64,000 nt of DNA from Candidatus Caccoplasma merdavium (GTDB taxonomy: Bacteria; Bacteroidota; Bacteroidia; Bacteroidales; UBA11471): assembly GCA_018715595.1 (NCBI GenBank), contig DVLI01000018.1, positions 28,348 to 92,347 on the forward strand, written 5' to 3'. The position numbers and the translations under genes are program-made. The notes under the pieces are model-generated. The model was not told the DNA's origin. It searched no databases and saw only the letters and a program-made list of their open reading frames with translations. Positions 37,142 to 47,600 of the stretch are shown piece by piece. How positions within the stretch are numbered: position 1 is the stretch's first letter; each line of letters starts with the position of its first letter.

Positions 37142-38668
37142 ATGAAAAAATCCACGATTTGGCTATTGGCAATCATCATGGCTCTGACGTTTTGTAGTCT
37201 TCTCTTCATGCAGATTACATATATAGAGAACATGGTGAAAATGCGCAACGAACAGTTTTCGGAGGCGGTGAAACGCAGCCTCTATGCCGTATCGTCGCAA
37301 CTCGAACAAGATGAGACCAAGCGTTACCTAGCCGAAGACATCGAGGAAAACCAGAAACGGCTGCTCTCGATAGAGCGAGGCGGCCGCTCGGTTACCCAAC
37401 AGTGGTCGTTTGTCTCACCCGACGGCTCCATCAGCACCCTCAACGTGCAGGAGTTCACGTTTTCTCTCCCCGAAAAGGTCACCATGCCCAAGGCCAACAG
37501 CGGAAGCTCCATCACCAATACCTACAAGGACATGCAGGAGGTCCTGAAAAACCAGTACCTCTACCAGAAAGGACTGCTCGAAAACGTCATTCTCAACATT
37601 CTTGCCACAGCCAGCAACCGCCCCATACTGGAACGCGTCGATACCGAACTGCTGTCGAATTACCTGAAAGCCGAACTGCGAAACAACGGCCTGAACATTC
37701 CTTTCCAGTATGCCATATACAACCCCAAGAACCGTATCGTTTACAAGAGCTCGGAATACAATCCCGAGGAGAAAAGCACAAAATACTCCATCACGCTTTT
37801 CCCCAACGACCCCTCGAAACGGCAAAACCAGTTGCGCGTCTACTTCCCGACCAAGAAAGACTACATCTTCTCGTCGGTACGGTTCAGCATACCATCGTTT
37901 ACTTTCACACTGGTCCTGCTGATAACGTTCATCTTCACCATCGCCAAACTTTTCCGACAGAAAAAGCTCACCGAGATGAAGAACGACTTCATCAACAACA
38001 TGACCCACGAATTCAAGACACCCATATCGACCATATCGCTTGCCGCACAAATGCTGAAAGACCCGGCGGTATCGAAGAGCCCGGAGATGTTCAACCACAT
38101 ATCGACCGTCATCAACGACGAGACCAAGCGTTTGCGTTTCCAAGTCGAGAAAGTTTTGCAGATGTCGATGTTTGAACGGCAGAAGACGATGATGAAACTT
38201 TCGATTATCGACATAAATGACTTGGTTGCCAATGTACTAAGCACATTCAAGCTGAAAGTCGAACAGTTTGGCGGCAGCATCGACGCCGAACTCGATGCCG
38301 AAGACGGCTTGGTGGAAGTCGATGAAATGCACTTCACCAACGTCATCTTCAACCTGCTCGACAATGCCGTAAAATATGCCCGCGAAGGGGTTTCCCTCGA
38401 ACTGATGGTAAAAACCGCCACCGAAGGCAACAAAGTCGTCATCTCGATACAAGACAACGGCATCGGCATCAAGAAAGAAGACCTGAAAAAGATTTTCGAA
38501 AAATTCTATCGTGTATCGACCGGCAATGTGCACAATGTCAAAGGGTTCGGCCTCGGCCTCGCCTATGTGCACAAAATCGTCACCGACCTGAAAGGCACAA
38601 TTCGTGCCGAAAGCGAACTGAATCATGGAACAACATTTATAATAACATTACCCCTTAAAAACAAATGA
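37142..38668 (+). CDS. Two-component sensor histidine kinase (RprX-like)
   Basis: 508 aa. Two TM segments, H-box MTHEFKTPIS, N-box NLLDNAVKYA, G-boxes QDNGIGI and GFGLGLAYV. Confidence 0.9.
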   Translation: MKKSTIWLLAIIMALTFCSLLFMQITYIENMVKMRNEQFSEAVKRSLYAVSSQLEQDETKRYLAEDIEENQKRLLSIERGGRSVTQQWSFVSPDGSISTLNVQEFTFSLPEKVTMPKANSGSSITNTYKDMQEVLKNQYLYQKGLLENVILNILATASNRPILERVDTELLSNYLKAELRNNGLNIPFQYAIYNPKNRIVYKSSEYNPEEKSTKYSITLFPNDPSKRQNQLRVYFPTKKDYIFSSVRFSIPSFTFTLVLLITFIFTIAKLFRQKKLTEMKNDFINNMTHEFKTPISTISLAAQMLKDPAVSKSPEMFNHISTVINDETKRLRFQVEKVLQMSMFERQKTMMKLSIIDINDLVANVLSTFKLKVEQFGGSIDAELDAEDGLVEVDEMHFTNVIFNLLDNAVKYAREGVSLELMVKTATEGNKVVISIQDNGIGIKKEDLKKIFEKFYRVSTGNVHNVKGFGLGLAYVHKIVTDLKGTIRAESELNHGTTFIITLPLKNK

Positions 38669-39381
38669 TTATGGAAGAAAAGTTGCGTATCTTACTTTGC
38701 GAAGATGATGAAAACCTCGGTATGCTGCTGAGAGAGTTTTTGCAGGCCAAAGGCTATGCTGCCGACCTTTTCTCTGACGGAGAGAGCGGCTACAAAGCAT
38801 TTTTGAAAGGGAAATACGACTTATGCGTGCTCGACGTAATGATGCCCAAAAAAGATGGTTTCACGCTGGCACAAGAAATACGGACCGTCAACAGCGAAGT
38901 GCCTATCATCTTCCTGACGGCCAAATCGCTGAAAGAGGATATTCTCGAAGGTTTCAAAATCGGAGCCGACGACTACATTACCAAACCGTTCAGCATGGAA
39001 GAACTGGTGTTCCGCATCGAAGCCATTCTGCGTCGCGTCAAAGGCAAACGGGGCAAGGAGGTGACGATGTATAAAATCGGGCAATTCACTTTCGATACCC
39101 AGAAACAGGTTCTTTCCATCGGAGAGAAAAACACCAAGCTCACCACCAAGGAGTCGGAGTTGCTGAGCCTGCTCTGTGCCCATGTGAACGAAATCCTGGA
39201 ACGGAATTTCGCCCTGAAAACCATCTGGATCGACGACAACTACTTCAACGCCCGTAGCATGGACGTCTACATCACCAAACTGCGCAAGCACCTCAAAGAC
39301 GACCCCTCCATCGAGATTATCAACATCCACGGCAAAGGCTACAAGCTCATCGCCCCCGAGATAGAGATGAAAACAAAATAA
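38665..39381 (+). CDS. OmpR-family response regulator (RprY-like)
   Basis: Receiver domain (LLCEDDENLG...LCVLDVMMPKKDG) plus a winged-helix C-terminal domain. ATGA overlap with the kinase stop. The start could also be the ATG at 38671. Confidence 0.9.
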   Translation: MIMEEKLRILLCEDDENLGMLLREFLQAKGYAADLFSDGESGYKAFLKGKYDLCVLDVMMPKKDGFTLAQEIRTVNSEVPIIFLTAKSLKEDILEGFKIGADDYITKPFSMEELVFRIEAILRRVKGKRGKEVTMYKIGQFTFDTQKQVLSIGEKNTKLTTKESELLSLLCAHVNEILERNFALKTIWIDDNYFNARSMDVYITKLRKHLKDDPSIEIINIHGKGYKLIAPEIEMKTK

Positions 39382-39403
39382 GAGATTCCACCGTCTCTTA
39401 ACG

Positions 39404-39446
39404 GGCAAAGCGGGGCCGCTATGATAGCGGCCCCGCTTTGCCTTTT
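39404..39446 (+). terminator. Intrinsic terminator after the response regulator
   Basis: Perfect 17-bp stem GGCAAAGCGGGGCCGCT/AGCGGCCCCGCTTTGCC with a 5-nt loop, followed by TTTT. Confidence 0.85.
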
Positions 39447-39457
39447 GCCACCCGCCG

Positions 39458-40360
39458 TCAATGCCGGGTCTTGTAGTCGCGATAGAGTTCGCGCACGATA
39501 CCGTCGACAAGCCCCAACTTGGGAACAATCACAGAACCTGCTCCCGTTATGCGCAAGGCCGTGGTGAAGATTGAGAGCGCCGGCACAATGACATCGGCAC
39601 GGTTGGCATTGAGTTCCATCTCCTCCATGCGCTGGCCGACAGACATCTTTTGAAGCCGCTCATAAAGGGCATTGAGCTCCTTGGCCTTGATGGCATCTTT
39701 GGGTTTCTTGTCGAGCAGGCGATGAGCCTTGTTGATGTTACCGCCCGACCCGATGAGAGCCGACGGCCGGTAACGACTGGCTTTCTCACCCAGCCACGCG
39801 GCGAACGCCTCTTCCTCGCTGGCCGAAACGGCCCCGCTGATGTAACGCACGGTTCCCAAGCGGAAAGAGCGGGCCTCTACTTGACGGTTCTCGGCATAGA
39901 CGACAACTTCGGTGGAGCCTCCTCCCACGTCGATATAGAAATAGGATTTCTCCTTGTCGAGCACTTTTTCGAGGCCGCCGGCCTCATATATCGTGCGGGC
40001 TTCGGTATTGCCATCGACGATGGTGATGTCGATACCGCAAGTGCGGGCTATCGTCCCGGCCACCTCGGCCCCGTTTTCCGCCTCGCGCATGGCACTGGTG
40101 GCGCAGGCTTTGTAAGCATCGATGTCGAACGTCTTGAACAAGGCGGCAAAGGCCGACATGGCTTGCGTAAGCGCCGCCACCTTCGCGGGCGTGACATGCC
40201 CGAGCGAGAAAACATCTTCGCCCAGACGTATGGGCACCCGCACAAAGGCGGCTTTTTTAAACTCGGGAGCATCATACTCCTCGACATAGTCAATAAGAAG
40301 GCGTATGGCGTTTGAGCCGATGTCGATGGCTCCAAACGTGTATCTCTTCGGTTCCTGCAT
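39458..40360 (-). CDS. ppx: Exopolyphosphatase (Ppx/GppA family)
   Basis: 300 aa. ASKHA fold with N-terminal FGAIDIGSNAIRLL and DVGGGSTE. Confidence 0.88.
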   Translation of the reverse strand: MQEPKRYTFGAIDIGSNAIRLLIDYVEEYDAPEFKKAAFVRVPIRLGEDVFSLGHVTPAKVAALTQAMSAFAALFKTFDIDAYKACATSAMREAENGAEVAGTIARTCGIDITIVDGNTEARTIYEAGGLEKVLDKEKSYFYIDVGGGSTEVVVYAENRQVEARSFRLGTVRYISGAVSASEEEAFAAWLGEKASRYRPSALIGSGGNINKAHRLLDKKPKDAIKAKELNALYERLQKMSVGQRMEEMELNANRADVIVPALSIFTTALRITGAGSVIVPKLGLVDGIVRELYRDYKTRH

Positions 40361-40411
40361 ATCTGCCTTTCGTTAGTAGTGTGTATTCGATTCCGGGAAC
40401 GTCCCTGACAA

Positions 40412-42478
40412 TTATTTCTCGTAATTCGACAAGCGGCCGTAATACTCATATAGGGCCGCCTGGCTGCGCAAAGGTTCTTCGCCCGGAGTGGGCTGCACAT
40501 AGGTATTTTGGTGCCCCTCGTCGAGCAGACGCGCCTTGACCGTGTCGTGCCATTGTATGTCGAATACCTCCCGGGCCTTTTTGCGTATGACCTCGTCGTA
40601 GAGCGGCACACACACTTCGACGCGGCGGTCGAGGTTGCGTGCCATCCAGTCGGCGCTTCCCGTGTAGATAGTCTCATGGCCTCCGTTGCAGAAGATATAG
40701 AGACGGGCATGTTCGAGGTATTTGTCGACGATGCTTATTGCCCGAATGTTCGGGCTCAACCCTTTGACCTGCGGCAAGAGGCAACAGGCGCCGCGCACGA
40801 TAAGGCGCACTTCGACCCCGGCACGTCCGGCCTCGTAGAGTTTCTCGATAATCCCCACATCGGTGAGCGAATTGCACTTGGCATAGATATAGGCTCTTTC
40901 GCCCTTACGCGCATGATGTATCTCGTTATCGATTTTATCATAAAACTCTTGCCGCATGTAATAAGGCGAAACCATCAGGTGCTTGAAGGTAAACTGCTTG
41001 TGGCTGTTCGACAAGAAAAGAAACACATTGAGGACATCTTGCGTAATCTCGGCATGGGAAGTGAAAAGCCCGAAATCGGAATAGATGAGCGCCGTGTTTT
41101 CATTGAAATTTCCGGTTCCGATATAGGCATAACGTTTCAACCCGCGATGCTCCCGGCGTTCGACGAGGACCACTTTGCTGTGCACTTTGAGGTCTTCCAT
41201 GGTGTGGAGTATCTTCACGCCCTCGCGTTGCAGGAGGTCGGTATTTTCCATGTTCTGTTCCTCGTCAAAGCGGGCTTTGAGTTCGAGCATGGCATAGACC
41301 TTCTTGCCGTTTTTCACCGCATTGACCAGGGCGTTTATCACTTTGGAATGTTCGGCCGTGCGATACAGGGTGATGTAGATGCTCTCGACACGGGGGTCGA
41401 TGGCGGCTTCGCGCAGGAAATCGATAAAGTGCTGGAAAGTGTGGTAGGGATAATTCAGGAATATATCGCGCCGGGCAATGACGTCGAGGATACTCGAAAA
41501 GAGGGAAATCGAGGGGTGTTGTATGGGTTTCTGCTGGGTATAGAGGAGGTCGGGACGCACCTTGGGAAACTTCATGAGGTCTTTCATCATGTGATAGCGT
41601 TCGCCGGGAGCCAACATTTCGACATTGTCGAGGCCGAGTTTCCCGGCCAGGATTTCGACCATGTCGGCCGGCATGTCCCTGTCGTAAATCATGCGTATGG
41701 GAAGGCCATAACGACGATTCGATACCCCCTCGGAAATACGCTCAAAAAGGCTCTTCGACACATCTTCATCATAGGTGAGCTCCGCGTCACGCATGATTTT
41801 GAACGTATAGACGCCTATATCATCGTAAGAAAACATAAAGAATATGTGGTCGATCATCAGGCGTATGATGTCGTCGATAAAGATAATGTCATGACGACCC
41901 GGCTCCGAAGGCAGGACGACAAAACGGGGACAGGCCGAGCTGGTGGGTATGCGCACGATGGCATAACGCGGCGATGCCTTGGCATTATGCGACATCTTCA
42001 CGCCGAGGTAACTGTTGCCGTCGGGGAGGAATGGCAACTTGACCGACTTACGGATTATGAGCGGCACCAGTCTCGGGGAGATAATCTGTGCATAATAACT
42101 GCGGCAGAACTCTTTTTGCTCTTCGTTCAGATTCTTTTCATTGACGACAAAGATGTTTTCACGCTCCATCTGCGCCAATATCGAACGATAGGTCTCGGAA
42201 AAATGCTCTTGCAAGATGGCTATCTTGTCGTTGAGCTCATCGAGGAGCGACTCGGGTGTATAATCGCCGGTAAGCAGTTTGTTTGCGCTTTTACGGGAAC
42301 GGCATAAGCGCATGATGTTGGCGACCCGCACCTTAAAGAATTCATCTTGGTTATTCGAAAATATCCCCAGGAACTGCAAGCGTTGCATAAGGGGGACATT
42401 CGGGTCTCGGGCTTCTTGCAAAACCCGTTCGTTGAATTGCAACCAACTTACTTCCCGATTTATAAATCTATACTCCAT
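40412..42478 (-). CDS. ppk1: Polyphosphate kinase 1
   Basis: 688 aa. N-terminal FINREVSWLQFNERVLQEA and two PLD-like C-terminal domains. Confidence 0.93.
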   Translation of the reverse strand: MEYRFINREVSWLQFNERVLQEARDPNVPLMQRLQFLGIFSNNQDEFFKVRVANIMRLCRSRKSANKLLTGDYTPESLLDELNDKIAILQEHFSETYRSILAQMERENIFVVNEKNLNEEQKEFCRSYYAQIISPRLVPLIIRKSVKLPFLPDGNSYLGVKMSHNAKASPRYAIVRIPTSSACPRFVVLPSEPGRHDIIFIDDIIRLMIDHIFFMFSYDDIGVYTFKIMRDAELTYDEDVSKSLFERISEGVSNRRYGLPIRMIYDRDMPADMVEILAGKLGLDNVEMLAPGERYHMMKDLMKFPKVRPDLLYTQQKPIQHPSISLFSSILDVIARRDIFLNYPYHTFQHFIDFLREAAIDPRVESIYITLYRTAEHSKVINALVNAVKNGKKVYAMLELKARFDEEQNMENTDLLQREGVKILHTMEDLKVHSKVVLVERREHRGLKRYAYIGTGNFNENTALIYSDFGLFTSHAEITQDVLNVFLFLSNSHKQFTFKHLMVSPYYMRQEFYDKIDNEIHHARKGERAYIYAKCNSLTDVGIIEKLYEAGRAGVEVRLIVRGACCLLPQVKGLSPNIRAISIVDKYLEHARLYIFCNGGHETIYTGSADWMARNLDRRVEVCVPLYDEVIRKKAREVFDIQWHDTVKARLLDEGHQNTYVQPTPGEEPLRSQAALYEYYGRLSNYEK

Positions 42479-43565
42479 AATGTCTGTGTATTAGCTGGTC
42501 TACAAATACGGTCTCACTCATACCCAACCACTTGCGATAAAGGAAAGTCTCGTCGGCATGAGGACGGCCCATGTGTTCGACAAATCGGTTCAGGTCGAAT
42601 CGGTCAGAAACAATGGCAATGTCGGAAGCCGCTGCGTCGGCGGCATTGATTTGCTGCTCGATGTGAGCCGGGATAAGCATCATGGGCTTATCGTAGAAAA
42701 GGGCTTCGCACACCGACTCAAATCCCGCCGTCGTGACATAGCCGTTGCATCGACGCATTAAAGATAAGAAAAGTTTATCATTTACACGATGGAAGGTGAG
42801 ATTTCTTTCGGCCTTCCAGCTTTCGGGATACTCTTTGTTGTCCCAGAAAACATGCAATTCACACTCGGGGTGCTCGCGGCTCCACGCCCGTATCTGGGAG
42901 GCAAAAGCGTTGTTGACGATGTAACCGAGTATAAAATTCTCGCGGTGGCAGTCGTTGTTCTGCAACACCTCACGGCGCAACAGGGGCGGGACAATCGTTA
43001 TGTGGCGGTCTTCATCGCCGGCCATCGGATAAAACGAGAGAGCCAACAAACGGCTGCACCCCATCGCGCTCAGGCGCACATGTTGCCTGAGCAGCCAGGC
43101 ACCCCACCCGCGACGCGCGGCCTGCCGGTAACTGCGATGCAGCATGAGATACTGATGCCCGACGCCGACCATCTCGACCGGAAGCCGGAAGCACTTGACC
43201 GCCAGCCCCGAGAGCATCTCATAGAAGTTGACCACCTCATCGGGGCGGTATTGGAGTATCTGGGCTCGTATGAAACAGACACTCCGCACATAGGCTTCAA
43301 GCCGCCGGGGAGCGAGATTCGCCATGACGGTATGTGCAAGGCTCACGCGGGTATCGCCGGCCTTGAAACTGAACTGCGGGGCTTCGAACGTGTCGACCGG
43401 GGCTCCGATTCCACGCAAGAAAAACTCCGGTATCTGGCGATGCCGGGTGCGCCCCACCAAAACTTTGACGACCTCGTGCCCCTGACGGCGCAGAATCGAG
43501 GCCAACGAGAGGGCCTGGGTGAGATGTCCCCTACCCTCGCCCTGTACGATAAAGAGATAACGCAT
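42468..43565 (-). CDS. GT-B fold glycosyltransferase (MurG/UDP-glycosyltransferase-like)
   Basis: The internal ATG at 43565 gives MRYLFIVQGEGRGHLTQALSLA (glycine-rich N-terminal loop). The C-terminal GYVTTAGFESVCEALFYDKPMMLIP is a nucleotide-sugar binding motif. It overlaps the ppk1 start by 11 nt. Confidence 0.8.
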   Translation of the reverse strand: MRYLFIVQGEGRGHLTQALSLASILRRQGHEVVKVLVGRTRHRQIPEFFLRGIGAPVDTFEAPQFSFKAGDTRVSLAHTVMANLAPRRLEAYVRSVCFIRAQILQYRPDEVVNFYEMLSGLAVKCFRLPVEMVGVGHQYLMLHRSYRQAARRGWGAWLLRQHVRLSAMGCSRLLALSFYPMAGDEDRHITIVPPLLRREVLQNNDCHRENFILGYIVNNAFASQIRAWSREHPECELHVFWDNKEYPESWKAERNLTFHRVNDKLFLSLMRRCNGYVTTAGFESVCEALFYDKPMMLIPAHIEQQINAADAAASDIAIVSDRFDLNRFVEHMGRPHADETFLYRKWLGMSETVFVDQLIHRHYGV

Positions 43566-44311
43566 CACGCTTTTTCCTTTTGATATTCCACGACCGACCA
43601 GTTCCCGTCGAAATCTTCGACCAAAGCGGTCATCGACTCGACCCAGTCGCCCGAATTGAGGTAATGTATGTCGCCTATCATGCGATCGTCGGCATGATGG
43701 ATATGGCCGCAAATGACACCGGCACAATTTTTCCGCCGGGCAATGTCACACAACGAGTCTTCGAAGTCGCTGATGTAGGAGACCGATGCCTTGACCGACT
43801 GTTTCACCTGTTGCGAAATAGACTTGTAGGGCAGCCCTTTCTTGCGGCGACGGCGGTTGTAGATGCGATTGAGCCCCATGAGCAGGCTGTACCCCACATC
43901 TCCCACCTTGGCCAACCAGCTGAACCGCGTCGTAATCGTGTCGAAAACATCGCCGTGCAGGACATAGTAACGACGCGCGCCGCTCTCATGGACATAGTCG
44001 CGGCAGATGGTGAAATTGGGAATTTCGAGCGGGAGGATACGGTCAAGAAAATCGTCGTGGTTACCCCGCAGGTAAATGATGCGCGTGTGGGGCAATATCG
44101 ACAACAACCGCTTGATAAAATAGGTGTGCCGCTTCTTCCATTTCGGTTTCTTGCCCCGGACAATCTCCCAGCCGTCGATGATGTCGCCGCAGAGTATCAG
44201 CGTTTCACAGGTGTGTGCCTTCAAGAAAAGATTGGCCTCTTTGGCCTTGGACCATTTCGAACCGAGGTGTATGTCCGACATGACGATGGTCCGGTACTCT
44301 TTGTTCTTCAT
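43565..44311 (-). CDS. lpxH: UDP-2,3-diacylglucosamine diphosphatase
   Basis: The ATG at 44311 (MKNKEYRTIVMSDIHLG) gives 248 aa. Calcineurin-like motifs DIHLG, GDIIDGW, GNHD and GHIH. ATGA overlap with the downstream glycosyltransferase gene. Confidence 0.9.
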   Translation of the reverse strand: MKNKEYRTIVMSDIHLGSKWSKAKEANLFLKAHTCETLILCGDIIDGWEIVRGKKPKWKKRHTYFIKRLLSILPHTRIIYLRGNHDDFLDRILPLEIPNFTICRDYVHESGARRYYVLHGDVFDTITTRFSWLAKVGDVGYSLLMGLNRIYNRRRRKKGLPYKSISQQVKQSVKASVSYISDFEDSLCDIARRKNCAGVICGHIHHADDRMIGDIHYLNSGDWVESMTALVEDFDGNWSVVEYQKEKA

Positions 44312-44537
44312 TCTTTCTGTTTTGCTCTGCAAAAGAACGACATGTATATTTCTGGAAGAATACAATCGTGTGACAATTCCATAACAACTTCACAGAGCAG
44401 CGAGTTTATGCTGCCGGCCGATTATTCGCAGGAACGACAGGCGGTGAGAAAGCGCCTTCCCGCGACAAACGTTCGGGCATGATGCAGATCGGAGAGAGGG
44501 GGAAACATAAGGCACCGCCCACGCAAGGAGGCGGGAG

Positions 44538-44574
44538 AAAAAACCGGGCACACCCCGTATTGGGGCGTGCCCGG
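44538..44574 (-). terminator. Strong intrinsic terminator after the giant gene
   Basis: On the minus strand: CCGGGCACGCCCC-AATAC-GGGGTGTGCCCGG followed by TTTTTT. It lies 37 nt after the stop at 44611. Confidence 0.85.
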
Positions 44575-44610
44575 TGGCTAATGGGCTGTTTCCCGACAAG
44601 GCGCGACGCG

Positions 44611-47600
44611 TCAATCGGCAATGACCTTGAACGAACGGCGAGCCTTTGAGGAGACTATATCGACGATGTAAAGACCCGAGCCATCGACCGGCGTGGCAAA
44701 TTGCGGAGCGGTTCCGGTCGTGTCGAGCAGGCAATGGCCCGACATGTCATAGAGGTAGATGCGCTCCCCGCCTTCGAGACCGAGGACATAGAGCACATGG
44801 TCGTGGAGGTAGACTTTCCACGGCGTTTCGGTCGTCTCGCTCAGGCGGAATGCCAAAGAGAAACGCTGCGGGTCGTCTTCGGCCGACGAGGCGAAGAAGG
44901 TATAGGCCGACTCTTTGAGATCGGTGGCCTGCCCCGTGCGGTTGTCGATGAGCACAATGACATCATAATTCTCGGCCAACGTCTCCTCGGGAAGGTCGAT
45001 GGTATAGAATCCGCTGTCGGCCACCGAAACACCTACCGAGGTATAGGCCGCCTCATCGACGGCGGCAGCCAACGAGAAGCGGGTGCCCGTCGAAGGATTG
45101 TCGATATAAATCTGCGGAACGGCAGGATTCATGCTCATAAACTTGATACCATCACGACCCACCTCATAGGTCAACGCCTCGGACGAACGTGTGGTGCGGA
45201 ACAAGACCTTGTCGGCACCGGCCTCACCCTTGATGCGGAGCGAGAGGTTCATGCCCGTATTATCGGCAGCAAAAAGGCTTGTCGACTGAGGTTGCGGGAA
45301 GAGGAGCGACTCTTTCTCGTCGTGTCCGATGATAGCGGTTTGGGTAAAGTACCCGTCGCCCAACTTGGCCTGGCCACCCGTCCATGATTCAATGGTGTTG
45401 TAGGTAGAACCGTCGTAGTCGTAAAGGAGGTGGGGCAAATCCATATCGGCAAAGTCGTAAGAGGCGACCAGATAGGGAATGCCGAAGAGGTTCCAACCCA
45501 TATTCTCCTTGTGGGTAAACCGCGGCGTTCCGTCACTCTCGACCTCGGTGAGGTTGTGCTGGGTGAGCGAAACGGTCTTGTCGGTATTCGTCTCGGTATA
45601 TATGGCCGCATTGGCATCACGTCCCGTGAAGCGGTAGGTCCCGGCCTGCGTGAGGCAAAGGCCAAATCCCTCTCCGGCGTCGAAAACGGTCTCCTCTACC
45701 CAATAGGGTGAGTTGGAGGCATGATAGCGAGTAAGCGACTCGGCACGGCCGCGGCCGTCGTAAATGGCTATGGTATCGCCGGCCCCCCAAGCCAAGCGTG
45801 CGGGTGCGTAGGTGGTACCGTCATAGGCCACCCGACTGATGCTGTCGCGCTGCAAAGCATAGGGGAAGGCGGCTAATTGCCACCCGGCGCCAAAAGTCCG
45901 CTCGACAGCCACATAAGCGAGACTCACGGTATTACCGTTGCCATAAAGCGAGGTTCCTTCTTTGAGGAGGAGGTATCCGGGAGCAAAGGTCGTCGAGAGA
46001 TTTTCGAGCACAAGGTTCCCGTCGTGCACATACACGACCGAACCGGCGGCCGGAGCCTGTGTGGCTTTATATCCGCCCTTGATGTTCCACGTCTCGAAAC
46101 AACCGTAATCGACGGCTGCGCCAAAGATGCGTGCATTGCCCAAAATGTCGCGATCGGAAGCGAAATCGACATACCCTGCATATTTTTGCGGAATGGCCGG
46201 GTCGGCATCACCGGCATCGATGGCTTTGCCCATCTCTTTGAGCTGGAAAGAAAGTTCATCGGCAAGGTAGGTATTATAGGGATTGCCGTCGCCCGGCATG
46301 GGCGATGTCACATCATAGAGCGGGTCATAAAGGGCGCGTTGCGAGGTAGCCAGCGTATTGAACATGGCCCCGTTGTTTGCATGCGTCACGGGCACGACGT
46401 TCTCGGGGGCATCGACGGTGACATTCACGAGCGTACCGCCGTTGTTGGCCATGACCGGTTCTCCGGCAGCAGGGATATTTGCAGCGACAAGCACGTTATA
46501 GAGCAGGCCTCCGTCGTTGCGCACCACGGGATCGTTACCGGCCACGGTGAACCCATGCACATAACTGTTGCGCATCACGACACCGTCGGCGAGACTTACC
46601 GGAGCCGCGTCGCTCCCCGATGCCGAGGTGATTTCAAAGCCGTCGAGCAGGGCCATGCCGTCGAAGGATTCACTTCCCGAAGCCACACCTCCGATAACGG
46701 TGCGCGGCGCAGACGATGCCAGCAAGCCGGGACGGGCGGCAGCTACATCGGCAACGGTCACTTGGGGCGACACGTCGGGAGCGGTCACCGTATCGGTGTA
46801 ATTCGTCTGCACGCTGCCATAAACCGACACACCGTCATGCAAAGTGATCTCCTCGTTGGTGCGACCGCTCTTGACAAAGACGGTAGCCGTCTCACCGGGA
46901 ACGTTGCGGGTGGCCACATACACGGCACCCAAGTCGATGGCTTCCTGCAAACGGCCTTGTCCAAAAGCCCGCTCCCACGTCGTTCCATCGCCATCGACGG
47001 TTTTTCCCGGCTGCACATAGAGTACCGAATAGAGACGCTGGTTGTTCTCGTATGCGCCCCGGTCGATGTTTTCGTCATAGACACGGAGGTCATTCAACGT
47101 AATGTCATAACCCGACGGATCATCTGCGGGCAAACCCAAGGCGGTGCGGTAAAGCACGGAGTCGCCCTTGTTGAGCAAAACGGCCGACGCCCCTATGTCG
47201 AAATTGCGCAACGTCACATCGCCATCAAAGGGATTCTCAAAATTGGGACCCGAAATGACGTCGGTGTTCTCTTGCAAGAGGTCGTCGTTGTTCTTGCCGG
47301 CTTGCGCAAGTGTCGTGGCGGCGAGGTTCTGTATGGCATTGTATGCGATATTTTCGGTCTTGACAGGCGCATAGCCTCCCGTTTCCACGGACAATAATTG
47401 CGGGGCGGTTATGCCTTGCGACTCTTCTTCGGAAGTACCGGCACCGCCGTTGCGCCACAATAGCGAATTATAGAGGGAGCTTTCATACACGCTGTCAGAG
47501 AGCACCGGCGATTGGGTATTGAGGGCAAAGGTGGCATTGAGCACTTCGGTATCGACCGCATCGAGGGGAATGCCTTTGTTTGAATGGAATATAGTGTTGT

